Assembly (NCBI RefSeq): GCF_006016075.1
Contig: NZ_CP040093.1
Location: 1,239,069-1,303,068, forward strand
Source of the DNA: Caloramator sp. E03
GTDB lineage: Bacteria; Bacillota; Clostridia; Clostridiales; Caloramatoraceae
Direction of reading: 5' to 3'
DNA: 64,000 nucleotides
Position 1 is the stretch's first letter; each line of letters begins with the position of its first letter. Below, in pieces: positions 1-10,453 of the stretch. The notes beneath the pieces were generated by a model. The model saw only the letters and a list, made by a program, of their open reading frames with translations, ran no database searches and was not told where the DNA came from. The translations under genes were made by a program, and so were the position numbers.

Positions 1-492
1 ATAACATATATGTAATAAATTTCTTAATATGATATAATAAAAAACTCAATGGAGGCATAAATTCCCTTATAACATGACCCTCCGTTGAGTCTTTTGTATT
101 TAAGGTGCTAAACACACTATTGAATACATTTACATAGATATTTTTACATTCCAAATAAAAATACCTACGATATTCTATTTAGTTTTATAAAATAGCTAAA
201 ATAATTTATTTTACATATAATCTATCATAATTATTTTACATTTGCAAGTATTAAATTTTATAAATTCATTTTAATTATTTTTAATATCTTTTATGCATTA
301 ATTTTTCAAACAATATTTTTGCATTGTTTTTTAATATTATTCGTGTAGTAAACATCACATTCCCGTATAAATGATATATTTTAGTATTTTTATACAATAT
401 AATGGATATTTAAATTGATATATTTACCAGATTATTAATTTTAATTAATATGAATATTGAATTTTTAAATTTTTTTTATTTCATTTTTCATT

Positions 493-529
493 AAAAATCA
501 GGTGATAGTAAAACTATCACCTGATTTTT
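493..529. terminator. Hairpin (aatcaggtgatagt / ctatcacctgatt) plus T-run; likely intrinsic terminator of the minus-strand antiporter gene
   Basis: Perfect ~13-bp inverted repeat followed by T-run on minus-strand reading, abutting the stop codon of the 528..1865 ORF. Confidence 0.5.
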
Positions 530-1865
530 AATTTTCATTTATCGGATTTTTTCTTATTATTCCATCAGCAAAAGGAATAAATATTGATATTATAGTTGAA
601 ATAAAGAGTATATGAATATACCATGCTAATGGAATCACTTGAAAGGGAGATACTGCTCCTTTTGCAAAACTAAGGAGTATAAGCATTTGTGCACCATAAG
701 GTATTATTCCCTGCATTATACACGAAAAAATATCCAATAGCGATGCAGTCCTTCTAGGATCTACTTTGAATTTACTGCTGACTTTTTTAGCTATTTCTCC
801 ATTTATTATAATTGCAACTGTATTATTTGCAACAGCAGCATCTGTTAAAGATACAAGGGCTGCTATTCCTATCTCAGCAGATTTTCTTCCCTTCATAAAT
901 TTTTGTATTTTAGTTAATAAGTACTGTATTCCTCCATCTTTTGAAATCATCTCCGCAAGGCCTCCAGTTAGCATAGATAATAAAAATATATCTATCATTC
1001 CCTTAAAACCTTCAAAAATCTGCTGGCATAATGTTAAAATTGTTAAATTTCCATAGTATAATCCTATAACCCCTGATAAAACAATTCCTGCTGTAAGAAC
1101 AATAAAAACGTTTATTCCAGATATGGACATTACAAGCACGAATATATATGGTAATACTTTTATGATATTAAATTCATAAGTCTGCATATAAGGAAGAGTT
1201 TCTGGTCTTCCAAATATAAGAAGAAGGATAAATGTTATTATCGCAGCAGGAAGAGCAATTAAAAGATTTAATCTAAACTTATCCCTCATTTCACATCCTT
1301 GGGTTCTGGTAGCAGCTATTGTAGTATCTGATATTACTGATAGATTATCTCCAAACATAGCACCACCAAGCACTGATGCTAAAGTAAGCGGTAATGATAG
1401 CCCTGCCTTTTGAGCTAAACCTACTGCAATAGGCCCAACAGCGACTATAGAGCCAACAGAAGTTCCAGTTGATAAAGATATAAAACAAGTAATTATAAAT
1501 AATCCTGCTACAATATAATTTGCTGGTATATAAGTTAAGCCAAGATTAACAGTTGAATCAACCCCTCCTATTGATTTTGATACAACTGCAAAGGCACCTG
1601 CTAATAAATATATTATACACATAATTATAATGTTAGGATTTCCACATCCTTTTATAAAAGTATCAAATTTTTCATCTATAGTTCCATTTAAAATGATAAA
1701 TGCAAATATTATTCCAACAAAAGCTGCAACTGGTGCAGGAAGTTGATAAAATGCAAGCTCTACTCCTTTTTGCTGAAGGATTATACCACTACCTAAATAA
1801 ATAAGAATAAAAATTATAAAAGGTATTAACGCCTTACCATTTGCTTTTGTAAAATCTTTTCCCAT
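528..1865 (-). CDS. Na+/H+ antiporter, NhaC family (multi-TM permease)
   Basis: 445 aa, about 11 predicted TM segments; N-terminal MGKDF...IPFIIF and overall layout typical of NhaC/MleN-type antiporters. Confidence 0.7.
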   Translation of the reverse strand: MGKDFTKANGKALIPFIIFILIYLGSGIILQQKGVELAFYQLPAPVAAFVGIIFAFIILNGTIDEKFDTFIKGCGNPNIIIMCIIYLLAGAFAVVSKSIGGVDSTVNLGLTYIPANYIVAGLFIITCFISLSTGTSVGSIVAVGPIAVGLAQKAGLSLPLTLASVLGGAMFGDNLSVISDTTIAATRTQGCEMRDKFRLNLLIALPAAIITFILLLIFGRPETLPYMQTYEFNIIKVLPYIFVLVMSISGINVFIVLTAGIVLSGVIGLYYGNLTILTLCQQIFEGFKGMIDIFLLSMLTGGLAEMISKDGGIQYLLTKIQKFMKGRKSAEIGIAALVSLTDAAVANNTVAIIINGEIAKKVSSKFKVDPRRTASLLDIFSCIMQGIIPYGAQMLILLSFAKGAVSPFQVIPLAWYIHILFISTIISIFIPFADGIIRKNPINEN

Positions 1866-1943
1866 ATTCTCTCCCCTTATGTTTTATCATATTTTACTTC
1901 ATATATTGTAATATATCTATCAAATTTATTTTTATCATTATTT

Positions 1944-2648
1944 TCAATTATAAAATGCCGAATGAGTAAGGTTTAATTCTTCATAAGTACAAAGACCATT
2001 ATCTAAAGCCTTTTGTCTTAAAGTTAAATAAAGCTCTGCATTTGTTGCATCCTCATAAGGCATAACAAATATAATTCCTATGATAAGTGCAAGCGTTCCA
2101 AGTAAATACCATCCTATGAATGATAAATCCAATACAAATATATCAAATTTTTCTCCCTTTGTCATATCGTTGCTAAGCTCTATTGCTCTCTTATATCCAA
2201 TATTAGGATTGTCTGCAAGTATATAAGGTACCATTCTATAAGCATAAGATTTTACTATTCCAGGTATAATTAAAAGTAGCGTCCATAAAAATATTAAAAC
2301 AGCCTTATATAGCATAGTCCCGACAATATTTAAGTATCCTTCTTTAAAAGCAAACCCTAAATAACTAAAATTAATATCTCCCTGTGCTGACTTTATAAAG
2401 TATTTTCTTCCTCCAACTTCAATAAGATATCCAACAAAAATCCTTAGTATAATAAAAATAATACTAATAAGTAAAACAACAGCAAAAATATTTGGATTAT
2501 CTACTTCTATATTACCAAAAACCCTTCCTCCTCTTCCTCTATTTCCAGCACCAAATATAGCAATAATTACGCTAACCAATAATGCCTGCCAATAATTTAA
2601 TTTTAATACATTTTTAGCTCTCTGTTTTATCTCTGCTCTTGTCCACAT
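1944..2648 (-). CDS. DUF975 family membrane protein
   Basis: N-terminus MWTRAEIKQRAKNVLKLNYWQALLVS matches the conserved DUF975 start; several TM helices. Confidence 0.65.
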   Translation of the reverse strand: MWTRAEIKQRAKNVLKLNYWQALLVSVIIAIFGAGNRGRGGRVFGNIEVDNPNIFAVVLLISIIFIILRIFVGYLIEVGGRKYFIKSAQGDINFSYLGFAFKEGYLNIVGTMLYKAVLIFLWTLLLIIPGIVKSYAYRMVPYILADNPNIGYKRAIELSNDMTKGEKFDIFVLDLSFIGWYLLGTLALIIGIIFVMPYEDATNAELYLTLRQKALDNGLCTYEELNLTHSAFYN

Positions 2649-2820
2649 ACTATTTCCCCCCTTTTATAAAATATATATGTTAAGAATATATCATAAATGT
2701 AAATTTAATTCAAAAAAAATTTTACAAGTTTAGTTATTATTTTTTACTTTGTAGGCAGTTAAAGCGTATTCTAAAATAAAATTTCATCTTATTGGTAAAT
2801 GTATATTTTAGAAAAAACTA

Positions 2821-2849
2821 TTGAAAATAAATTTAATAATGTTTATAAT
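2821..2849 (+). promoter_or_regulatory. sigma-A-type promoter of csoR-copA operon (TTGAAA-17-TATAAT)
   Basis: TTGAAA at 2821 and TATAAT at 2844 with 17-nt spacer, about 50 nt upstream of csoR. Confidence 0.45.
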
Positions 2850-2856
2850 AATTTTA

Positions 2857-2882
2857 AACCCCCTCCCCAATAGGGGTAGGAT
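2857..2882 (+). promoter_or_regulatory. Putative CsoR operator (GC-rich near-palindrome cctcccc-aata-ggggtagg)
   Basis: Only GC-rich pseudo-palindrome in an AT-rich leader, just downstream of the -10, directly upstream of csoR; CsoR sites are C/G-tract palindromes. Confidence 0.4.
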
Positions 2883-2897
2883 TAAAGGAGGATTGTT

Positions 2898-3164
2898 ATG
2901 AACGCTGAAAAAGAAAAAGCAATGCAACACCTTAAAACAGCTCGTGGGCAAATAGACGGGATATTAAAAATGATTGATGATGGTAGATATTGTGTTGATA
3001 TTTCAAATCAAATAATAGCTGTACAGTCCCTTTTAAAAAAAGCTAACATGCTGATTTTAAAGCAGCATTTAAATCACTGTGTAAAAGCAGCATTCATAAG
3101 TAATTCTGGCGAAGAAAAAATTGATGAAGTAATGGACATACTTGAAAAACTAATTGGAAGGTAG
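2898..3164 (+). CDS. csoR: CsoR-family copper-sensing transcriptional repressor
   Basis: 88 aa, conserved C-H-C metal ligands (RYCVDI ... LNHCV), RcnR/CsoR fold, first gene of copper operon. Confidence 0.85.
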   Translation: MNAEKEKAMQHLKTARGQIDGILKMIDDGRYCVDISNQIIAVQSLLKKANMLILKQHLNHCVKAAFISNSGEEKIDEVMDILEKLIGR

Positions 3165-3173
3165 GTGATTTTA

Positions 3174-5402
3174 ATGGAAAAAACAATTAAAATAGGCGGG
3201 ATGACATGTGCTGCCTGTGCAAAAGCAGTTGAACGATCAGTTAAAAAGCTTGACGGAGTTATAAAGGGTGAAGTAAATATGGCAACTGAAAAGCTTTTAG
3301 TTGAATATGACCCATCTAAAGTTAGAATCTCTATGATTAAGGATGCTATTAAAAAAGCAGGCTATATACCTCTTGATGATAATTTAACAGCTGAAAGTGA
3401 TAAACAAAGAAAAGACATTGAAATAAAAAATCTATTTAAAAATCTTTTATTATCTGCTGTATTTACAATACCCCTTCTTTATATAGCAATGGGGCATATG
3501 TTTGGAATTATGCTTCCAAAAATTATAGACCATACTCATAATCCTTTAAATTTTGCTCTTATCCAGCTTATCCTTGTAATTCCAACAGTTTTTGCTGGAA
3601 AAAGATTTTATAAAGTAGGATTTAAAACTCTATTTAAAGGAAGTCCAAACATGGACTCTCTAATTGCAATTGGAACTTCAGCCTCTATATTATATGGCTT
3701 ATTTGCAATATATAAAATTTACCATGGAGATATGGAATATACAAAAGATCTTTATTTTGAATCTGCAGCAACTATAATAACTCTCATTCTTCTTGGAAAA
3801 TACCTTGAAGCAAAGACAAAGGGTAAAACATCTGAAACTATTAAAAAACTTATGATGCTTTCACCAAAAAATGCAAGAGTTATCCATCAGGATAAAGAAA
3901 TTGAAATACCAATTGATGAAGTTGAAGTTGGAGATATTATAATTGTAAGGCCTGGTGAAAAAATACCTGTTGATGGTATTATTGTTGAAGGTACAACGAC
4001 AATTGATGAATCTATGCTTACAGGCGAGAGTATACCTGTACTTAAAAAAGCTGGGGATGAGGTTATTGGTGCAAGTATAAATAAAAATGGAAGTATAAAA
4101 TTTAAAGCAACAAAAGTTGGGGAGAATACTACTTTATCGCAAATTATAAAACTTGTTGAAGGTGCACAAGGTTCAAAGGCCCCAATTGCAAGACTTGCTG
4201 ATGTAATTTCAGGATACTTTGTCCCAATAGTTATTTTAATTGCATTTATCTCAGGTATTTCCTGGTTTATTTCTGGAAGAGGAACCATATTCTCACTTAC
4301 AATTTTTGTATCCGTCCTTGTAATTGCCTGTCCATGTGCCCTTGGTCTTGCAACTCCAACTGCAATAATGGTAGGCTCAGGAAAGGGAGCTGAATATGGA
4401 GTATTAATAAAATCAGGAAGTGCCCTTGAACTTACACATAAAATAAATACCATCGTATTTGATAAAACAGGAACTATTACTGAAGGAAAGCCAAAGGTTA
4501 CAGATATATTTAGTTTTGGAATTGATGAAAACAAGCTTTTAATGTATGCCGCATCCTGTGAAAATGCATCAGAGCATCCTTTAGGTGAAGCAATTGTAAA
4601 AGAAGGTTCAAATAGAGGATTAGATCTTATTCCTGTTAAAGAATTTTTATCAATACCTGGACATGGAATAAAGGCAAGTGTCGATAGTCACAATATAGTT
4701 CTTGGCAATAAAAAACTTATGAAGGATATGGATATAGACATAAATGAAACAGAAAAAAAATTTGATGATTTAGCTACAGAAGGCAAAACCCCAATGTTCA
4801 TTGCAATAGATGGAAAAATATCCGGAATAATTGCCGTTTCTGATGTTGTAAAGGAAAACAGCAAAAAAGCAATAAAAAAACTTCAGGACATGGGAATCGA
4901 AGTTGCAATGATAACTGGAGATAACAAAAAAACAGCAGAAGCTATTGCAAAACAAGTTGGAATTGACAGAGTTTTTGCCGAAGTACTACCTCAGGATAAA
5001 GCAATGGAGGTTAAAAAACTTCAGGATGAAGGCAAAAAAGTTGCCATGGTTGGAGATGGAATCAACGATGCCCCAGCCCTAGCACAATCTGATGTTGGAA
5101 TTGCTATAGGATCTGGTACTGATGTTGCGATAGAATCAGCGGATATAATACTTATGAAAAGCGATATACTCGATGTTGTAACTTCAATACAGCTTAGCAG
5201 GGCAACAATTAAAAATATAAAGCAGAACCTTTTCTGGGCCTTTGGATATAACATACTTGGTATACCAATTGCTGCAGGAATTTTAACTCTATTTGGTGGG
5301 CCAAGATTAAATCCTATGATTGCAGCTGCAGCAATGAGTTTTAGCTCAGTTTCAGTTCTTTTAAATGCTTTGAGATTAAAGGGCTTTAAGCCTGAAATAT
5401 AA
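3174..5402 (+). CDS. copA: Copper-translocating P1B-type ATPase
   Basis: N-terminal HMA domain [15 protein letters not shown] motif ([11 protein letters not shown]), DKTGTIT phosphorylation site, [10 protein letters not shown]. Track ORF starts at GTG 3165; ATG 3174 has the better RBS. Confidence 0.9.
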   Translation: MEKTIKIGGMTCAACAKAVERSVKKLDGVIKGEVNMATEKLLVEYDPSKVRISMIKDAIKKAGYIPLDDNLTAESDKQRKDIEIKNLFKNLLLSAVFTIPLLYIAMGHMFGIMLPKIIDHTHNPLNFALIQLILVIPTVFAGKRFYKVGFKTLFKGSPNMDSLIAIGTSASILYGLFAIYKIYHGDMEYTKDLYFESAATIITLILLGKYLEAKTKGKTSETIKKLMMLSPKNARVIHQDKEIEIPIDEVEVGDIIIVRPGEKIPVDGIIVEGTTTIDESMLTGESIPVLKKAGDEVIGASINKNGSIKFKATKVGENTTLSQIIKLVEGAQGSKAPIARLADVISGYFVPIVILIAFISGISWFISGRGTIFSLTIFVSVLVIACPCALGLATPTAIMVGSGKGAEYGVLIKSGSALELTHKINTIVFDKTGTITEGKPKVTDIFSFGIDENKLLMYAASCENASEHPLGEAIVKEGSNRGLDLIPVKEFLSIPGHGIKASVDSHNIVLGNKKLMKDMDIDINETEKKFDDLATEGKTPMFIAIDGKISGIIAVSDVVKENSKKAIKKLQDMGIEVAMITGDNKKTAEAIAKQVGIDRVFAEVLPQDKAMEVKKLQDEGKKVAMVGDGINDAPALAQSDVGIAIGSGTDVAIESADIILMKSDILDVVTSIQLSRATIKNIKQNLFWAFGYNILGIPIAAGILTLFGGPRLNPMIAAAAMSFSSVSVLLNALRLKGFKPEI

Positions 5403-5600
5403 ATTATTTTAGATTGTGTTAAGTAAATATGAAAAAATAGCGTAGCTACACGTATAATTACACAAAATTACACAGTTTTTTTATGTAATCTAAATTAATA
5501 AAATTTGATAATACTGGATTTATCAAAAAAAGGCATGCCGAAGGCACCTACTTAAAACTTAAAATGTAGGTGTGTTAAGAATATATGGTTTATTTGAGAA

Positions 5601-6641
5601 TTAAGCAGACAGAAGCCAGTTATTAATATTTTTTTCATCAACTAAAATACCAGCAACTTGTGCAGGAGTTAGATTGTTTAAAGAATAGTGAGGTCTTAAA
5701 AAATTATAATGGAAAATAAACATTGCTATTAGAGTGTTTGCACTTTCAAATGATTTAAAACCTCTTTTACGTTTATACCAGTCTTTAAATGTATCATTAA
5801 AAGCTTCTAGCAAGTTGTTGGATATATCATCTTTAAATGATTGAACTTTTATGTGTTTTGAAGAATTAAAAATAGTTTTAGTAGCAAGATTATATGAGCC
5901 TAATCTATCGGTCACAATAGCCGATGGACATCCAAACTTACTTGCAGATTTAAACAAGGAAAAAGCTTGAGAAGCATCTCTTGAAGGAGATAAATTAAAA
6001 CCAAGAACCATTCTGGTTTCTGAATCTATAATTAACCAAATATAATGTTTTTTACCATTAATAAAAACGACAGTTTCGTCGGCATGCCATTCATCAGATG
6101 CACTTAAATCAAGATTTTCAGTAAGTTTATTAGCTATACTTAGAAAAATTGGAGCAAATTTTTTGCACCAAGATGCAATAGTTACATGAGAAACTTTGAC
6201 ATTGTAGGTTAGTTTAAAAAATTGAGATATTCTTCTTGTTGAAGAACCATTTAGATAATAGAGGTTAAGTGCAGTAAGAATTAAAAATAATGGAAATCTC
6301 ATTCTTTTAAAATCTGTCTTTCCTTTAATTAATTCACAAGATGCAGAGGGTATATTAATAGGTTTTGCAACATAAATAGAATGACCACATTTTTTAGAGT
6401 TGCAAGTATAATGGGAATAGTACTCATAATCATGGTGCAAATAAGTACCACTACCACAAACAGGACAACGAGGATACCCTCTCAATACACGATTTTTCTT
6501 ACCCTTATAATCTTCAAGAGTAAACTGACGTCTACAGTCTTTACATTGATATTTTTGATTACCTGCTTTGTCTTTCCCAAAGCGATAGAGATTTTGACTA
6601 TGGCATCTTGGACATGAAATTTTATTCAATGACTTGCACAT
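5601..6641 (-). CDS. DDE transposase with N-terminal CxxC...CxxC zinc ribbon (IS1595/IS1-like; IS6-like catalytic core)
   Basis: 346 aa; N-terminal CPRCHS...CKDCRR zinc finger like IS1 InsA/IS1595; DDE core HADETVVFINGKKHYIWLIIDSETR ... IVTDRLGSY ... E. Confidence 0.75.
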   Translation of the reverse strand: MCKSLNKISCPRCHSQNLYRFGKDKAGNQKYQCKDCRRQFTLEDYKGKKNRVLRGYPRCPVCGSGTYLHHDYEYYSHYTCNSKKCGHSIYVAKPINIPSASCELIKGKTDFKRMRFPLFLILTALNLYYLNGSSTRRISQFFKLTYNVKVSHVTIASWCKKFAPIFLSIANKLTENLDLSASDEWHADETVVFINGKKHYIWLIIDSETRMVLGFNLSPSRDASQAFSLFKSASKFGCPSAIVTDRLGSYNLATKTIFNSSKHIKVQSFKDDISNNLLEAFNDTFKDWYKRKRGFKSFESANTLIAMFIFHYNFLRPHYSLNNLTPAQVAGILVDEKNINNWLLSA

Positions 6642-6646
6642 AATTT

Positions 6647-6712
6647 CATCTCTCCTTCGGAGGTATTTTGTTTTTCGCTATATATAAGATAACTCAAAGG
6701 AGAGATGAAATT
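6647..6712. promoter_or_regulatory. 15-bp perfect inverted repeat bracketing the transposase 5' UTR; predicted to sequester the transposase RBS in read-through transcripts
   Basis: atttcatctctcctt (6647-6661, contains the RBS complement) and aaggagagatgaaat (6698-6712); loop contains a tatata -10-like box. Confidence 0.4.
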
Positions 6713-6762
6713 CAAATATCATATAACTTAACAAAACTTTATTTTAGATAAGGAGGTTTATA

Positions 6763-6972
6763 ATGAAAAAAATAAATATTAAAGGGATGTCATGTATGCA
6801 CTGCGTGATGCACGTTAAAAATGCATTAAATGAAGTAAATGGAGTTAAGGCTGTTGATGTAAATCTAAAAGAAAACTATGCAACTGTTGAAGGTGAAAAT
6901 ATCAATGATAGCGATATAAAAAATGCAATTGAAGATGCTGGATATGAAGTTGTATCCATTGAAGAAGTTTAA
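6763..6972 (+). CDS. copZ: Copper chaperone CopZ (HMA domain)
   Basis: 69 aa, GMSCMHCVMHV metal-binding motif, strong RBS aaggagg. Confidence 0.85.
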   Translation: MKKINIKGMSCMHCVMHVKNALNEVNGVKAVDVNLKENYATVEGENINDSDIKNAIEDAGYEVVSIEEV

Positions 6973-6973
6973 A

Positions 6974-7008
6974 AAAGTATCCACCTTTTTGGTGGATACT
7001 TTTTTAAA
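6974..7008. terminator. Bidirectional intrinsic terminator (aaaagtatccacc / ggtggatactttt)
   Basis: Perfect 13-bp stem, T-runs on both sides, between convergent copZ and the SleL-like gene. Confidence 0.7.
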
Positions 7009-8293
7009 GCACCTTTTTAACATCATACATAGAAGATAATACAAGCCAATTCTGTGGGAAAAATCTTCCTATTGTCCAATAGCTTACTCCTCCAAGCTTA
7101 TATTCATTAACAAGAAGTAGTTTCGCTTCAATACTTCTTGCATCCTCAAACCAAACAACATGCTGTCTTCTTTGTGAGTCATAATAATTAAAAAATGGTG
7201 ATTGAGACTTTGTATCATATTCTATCGCAGCCCTATTCCTTCTTGCAAGTTCAACTGCAGCTGTGTTTGAAACTGCTTGTGCTGCAGTATTTGGTCTATA
7301 AGGTAAAGTCCAGTCATATCCATAATTAGGAATACCCATCAATATTTTCTCTGAAGGTATCACTTCTACGGCATAATCAAGTACTCTCTTAACTTCATTT
7401 ATTGGAGCAACTGCAAGAGGAGGCCCATAAGTATATCCCCATTCATAAGTCATAAGTATAACAAAATCAACAATTGACCCATGAGCAGCATAATCATGGG
7501 CTTCATATAAAAGCCCCTTTTGTTCCGCTGAGGTTTTTGGAGCAAGAGAAGTTAAAAGTATATATCCCAAAGGCTTTAATCTCTGCTTAATTTTATTTAT
7601 GAAGCTATTATATTTTTCTCTGTCATCAGGGTAAATATATTCAATATCAAGGTTAAGTCCATAGTAATTCTTTTCCTTCATTGTTGATATTATATTATTA
7701 ATAGCCCTTTCCTGAATTACATCATTAGTTAAGATACTTCGTGCAATATCACTATTAAATCCTTTTCCTTCCTCAATATTTGTAACAACCATTATTGGTG
7801 CCACATTATTAGCCCTTGCAAGCTGTATAATCTGGCTGTCATCTATTGTATTTAAAGAACCATCCATTTTTATTTCGTAACTGAATATGCTAAGGTAAGT
7901 AAGGTAAGGAAAAGTCTTTTTTAAAATATCGGTATTAGTAGCTGGAAATGCGTATCCATTTACATATATTGTTCCAAGCTTTTTAGTTCTGTCTGGAATG
8001 ATAATAAACTGTCCCGGCTGAATTAATGATGGATTGGTGATAATTGGATTTGCAGAAAGTATATCATCTACACTAACCTTATAATCCTTTGCAATAGAGT
8101 AAATTGATTCACCAGGCATAACTCTGTGAACCCTCGTACCTTCTTTTATAACAAGAGTCTGACCAACAACAAGCTGATTAGGAAAAGTAAGTTCATTATC
8201 TGCAGCTATTTTTTCAGGGGAAACACGATAAAGCCTTCCAATTGTATAAAGACTTTCACCAGGTTTTACAACATGAATTATCAAAAACACCAC
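7004..8293 (-). CDS. sleL: Spore cortex-lytic N-acetylglucosaminidase SleL/YaaH-like (2x LysM + GH18)
   Basis: Two LysM repeats (VKPGESLYTIGRLY..., VMPGESIYSIAKDY...) followed by a GH18 chitinase-like domain; same architecture as B. subtilis YaaH. Track start is GTG; true start may be TTG at about 8284. Confidence 0.75.
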   Translation of the reverse strand: MVFLIIHVVKPGESLYTIGRLYRVSPEKIAADNELTFPNQLVVGQTLVIKEGTRVHRVMPGESIYSIAKDYKVSVDDILSANPIITNPSLIQPGQFIIIPDRTKKLGTIYVNGYAFPATNTDILKKTFPYLTYLSIFSYEIKMDGSLNTIDDSQIIQLARANNVAPIMVVTNIEEGKGFNSDIARSILTNDVIQERAINNIISTMKEKNYYGLNLDIEYIYPDDREKYNSFINKIKQRLKPLGYILLTSLAPKTSAEQKGLLYEAHDYAAHGSIVDFVILMTYEWGYTYGPPLAVAPINEVKRVLDYAVEVIPSEKILMGIPNYGYDWTLPYRPNTAAQAVSNTAAVELARRNRAAIEYDTKSQSPFFNYYDSQRRQHVVWFEDARSIEAKLLLVNEYKLGGVSYWTIGRFFPQNWLVLSSMYDVKKVL

Positions 8294-8349
8294 ACCTTAA
8301 TAATACTCTATTCCAATATATGTATTATAAATAAAATATTTTACAAAAA

Positions 8350-8398
8350 TAAAAAAAATATTCCCCAAATTATTGCAGTAATTAGGGGGAATATTTTT
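8350..8398. terminator. Intrinsic terminator hairpin (aaatattcccc...gggggaatattt) downstream of dhaM
   Basis: Perfect inverted repeat with flanking A/T runs between dhaM stop and sleL start. Confidence 0.6.
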
Positions 8399-8779
8399 TT
8401 AAGCCTTATTTATATCTAATGCCTTTAAATTTTCAACTATTTCGTCTAAGCTATTTCCAATGCTTGCTTCTACAGCTGCAGCTATTGCACCTTCTACAAC
8501 TGCACATTTTACAATCTTAATTTTATCTTTATCATTTAAATTCTCTATTGCCATCTCCGCATTCATTACGGCACTTCCTAAATCGAATAATATAATAACC
8601 CCATCTTTAGAATATACTTTTTCAATTGCATTTACTATTTTATTATAATCTGTTCCAATTTCCCCGTCAAAAGTTCCTCCTGCGCATTCAATTAAAGCAT
8701 TAGGTGCCATCTGAAGTGCAACCTCTTTTATTCCTTCTGCAATCTTACTGCTATGGGATATAACAACTAAGCCAACCAT
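8399..8779 (-). CDS. dhaM: Dihydroxyacetone kinase phosphotransfer subunit DhaM (PTS EIIA-Man-like)
   Basis: 126 aa, MVGLVVISHS... active-site His region, follows dhaK-dhaL. Confidence 0.85.
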   Translation of the reverse strand: MVGLVVISHSSKIAEGIKEVALQMAPNALIECAGGTFDGEIGTDYNKIVNAIEKVYSKDGVIILFDLGSAVMNAEMAIENLNDKDKIKIVKCAVVEGAIAAAVEASIGNSLDEIVENLKALDINKA

Positions 8780-8783
8780 TATA

Positions 8784-9425
8784 TCATCCTCTTATTGCTT
8801 TTACTTCATCACATATTGTCTTTAATATTAAATAGCTTGAAACTGCACCTGGATCAAGATGGCCCTTACTTCTCTCCCCTAAATAACTTGCTCTTCCTTT
8901 TTTAGCAATCATATCTTTAGTATTCTCTTTACCTATAAATGCTGCATCCATCATTTTATCTAAACATTCAACACAGTCGAGTTTGTCATTGATAGAAGCT
9001 TTTAAAGCATATAATGCTGGCTCTAAAGTATCAACCATAGTCTTTTCCCCAATAGTTGCTTTACCTCTATCCTTAATACCCTTTAAAGCCTCCTCAAGAA
9101 GAAGTGTAAAATCATTTATGTCTATTTCATCTTTATTTATAGCTTTCATCCCAGCCTTCATAAAGGCTGTTCCATATAAGGGGCCTGATGCACCACCTAC
9201 AGTTGATATTAAAGCCATACTTACTTTTTTCAGTATGTCTCCTATATTCTTGCTTTCATCACTTTCAAGCTTTTCTTTTACAACTTTAAATCCCTTACTC
9301 ATATTAAGTCCATGATCTCCATCACCAATAGCAGCATCAAGATTTGTCAAATACATCTTATTTTCTTCAATAACATCAGCAATTTTGTATATTATATTTT
9401 TAACCTGCAAGTAATTAACAGTCAT
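8784..9425 (-). CDS. dhaL: Dihydroxyacetone kinase ADP-binding subunit DhaL
   Basis: 213 aa, DhaL-fold motifs (GDGDHG, GGASGPLYG). Confidence 0.85.
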   Translation of the reverse strand: MTVNYLQVKNIIYKIADVIEENKMYLTNLDAAIGDGDHGLNMSKGFKVVKEKLESDESKNIGDILKKVSMALISTVGGASGPLYGTAFMKAGMKAINKDEIDINDFTLLLEEALKGIKDRGKATIGEKTMVDTLEPALYALKASINDKLDCVECLDKMMDAAFIGKENTKDMIAKKGRASYLGERSKGHLDPGAVSSYLILKTICDEVKAIRG

Positions 9426-9437
9426 TAAAACTCCCCC

Positions 9438-10433
9438 TTATATAACCTTAAATGCAGGAGTATCAGCCTTTTCATCTAAAAGCTCTTTAAGTTCACTATC
9501 AAGGTTTAATACTGTTATTGAGAAGCCAGCCATTTCAAGTGATGTCATAAATTCCCCAACAAAAGTCTTATATACCTTTACACCCTTTGAAGTTAGCATA
9601 TCATTTACCTTATTATTTACAATAAACAATTCCATAAGAGGAGTTCCTGACAACCCATTTATCATTACAGCAACTTCATTGCTACTATCTAAAGGCATAT
9701 CGCTTAATATTTTATTCAGCATATGCTCAACTATTTCATCTGCAGACTTTATTTTTTCTCTATGAGTTCCAGGTTCCCCATGAATGCCCATACCTATTTC
9801 CATTTCATCCTCTGAAAGAGTGAAATTAGGCTTCCCAGCTGCTGGAACAATACATGGTGTAAGAGCCATTCCCATACTTCTTACATTGTTTATTGTCTTT
9901 TGTGCAACTCTTTTTACTTCTTCAAGAGTTGCCCCTCTTTGTGCCATAGCCCCTGCTATCTTATGTACAAATACAGTACCTGCAATACCTCTTCTTCCTG
10001 CAGTATATAGGCTGTTTTCAACGGCAACATCATCATTTACAACTACGCTTTCAACCTTTATTCCTTCCATTTCTGCCATTTCCTTTGCCATCTCAAAATT
10101 CATAATATCTCCAGTATAATTTTTTATAATAAGCAATACCCCTTCTCCTCCATCAACAGCCTTTATTGCTTCATAAACCTGATCTGGAGTCGGTGATGTA
10201 AATACAGCACCTAATACTGCAGCATCAAGCATACCATAACCAACATATCCTGCATGAGCAGGTTCGTGTCCACTCCCTCCCCCGCTTACTAATGCAACTT
10301 TTTTACATGGTGCATTTTTTCTAACCACAACATTACAATTATCAAGTTTTCTTAAATATTGCGGGTATGCCTTTTCTAATCCCTGAATCATATCTTCAAC
10401 AACAAAATTAGGATTATTAATTATTTTTTTCAT
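9438..10433 (-). CDS. dhaK: Dihydroxyacetone kinase subunit DhaK
   Basis: 331 aa, conserved DhaK motifs (VSGGGSGHEP, HGEPG). Confidence 0.85.
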   Translation of the reverse strand: MKKIINNPNFVVEDMIQGLEKAYPQYLRKLDNCNVVVRKNAPCKKVALVSGGGSGHEPAHAGYVGYGMLDAAVLGAVFTSPTPDQVYEAIKAVDGGEGVLLIIKNYTGDIMNFEMAKEMAEMEGIKVESVVVNDDVAVENSLYTAGRRGIAGTVFVHKIAGAMAQRGATLEEVKRVAQKTINNVRSMGMALTPCIVPAAGKPNFTLSEDEMEIGMGIHGEPGTHREKIKSADEIVEHMLNKILSDMPLDSSNEVAVMINGLSGTPLMELFIVNNKVNDMLTSKGVKVYKTFVGEFMTSLEMAGFSITVLNLDSELKELLDEKADTPAFKVI

Positions 10434-10453
10434 ATTATTTCCTCCTTTTAAAT

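Larger units (their letters stand above)
5565..6745 (-). mobile_element. Insertion sequence (about 1.2 kb) encoding a zinc-ribbon DDE transposase (IS1/IS1595/IS6-like), inserted between copA and copZ
   Basis: Single transposase ORF. Imperfect terminal inverted repeats sharing GTTAAGwwTATATG near 5571-5598 and (reverse complement) 6715-6742. Interrupts an otherwise contiguous csoR-copA-copZ operon. Boundaries approximate. Confidence 0.55.

Noticed and set aside
3887-5254. Minus-strand ORFs of 215, 61 and 77 aa inside copA
   Set aside because: Fully embedded antisense to a well-supported P-type ATPase gene; low-complexity Ser/Ile/Pro-rich translations typical of antisense reading of AT-rich coding DNA; no RBS.
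5403-5600. Hairpin cacctac...gtaggtg at about 5552-5582, considered as the IS left terminal repeat
   Set aside because: Its arms are not mirrored at the other IS end; it more likely acts as the copA terminator. The better terminal-repeat match is the GTTAAGwwTATATG motif just inside.
6381-6617. 78-aa plus-strand ORF inside the IS transposase gene
   Set aside because: Antisense to the transposase, hydrophobic low-complexity product, no RBS.
8126-8419. 97-aa plus-strand ORF overlapping the sleL 5' end and terminator
   Set aside because: Runs through a strong terminator hairpin and is antisense to the LysM-coding region; Asn/Ile/Lys-rich.
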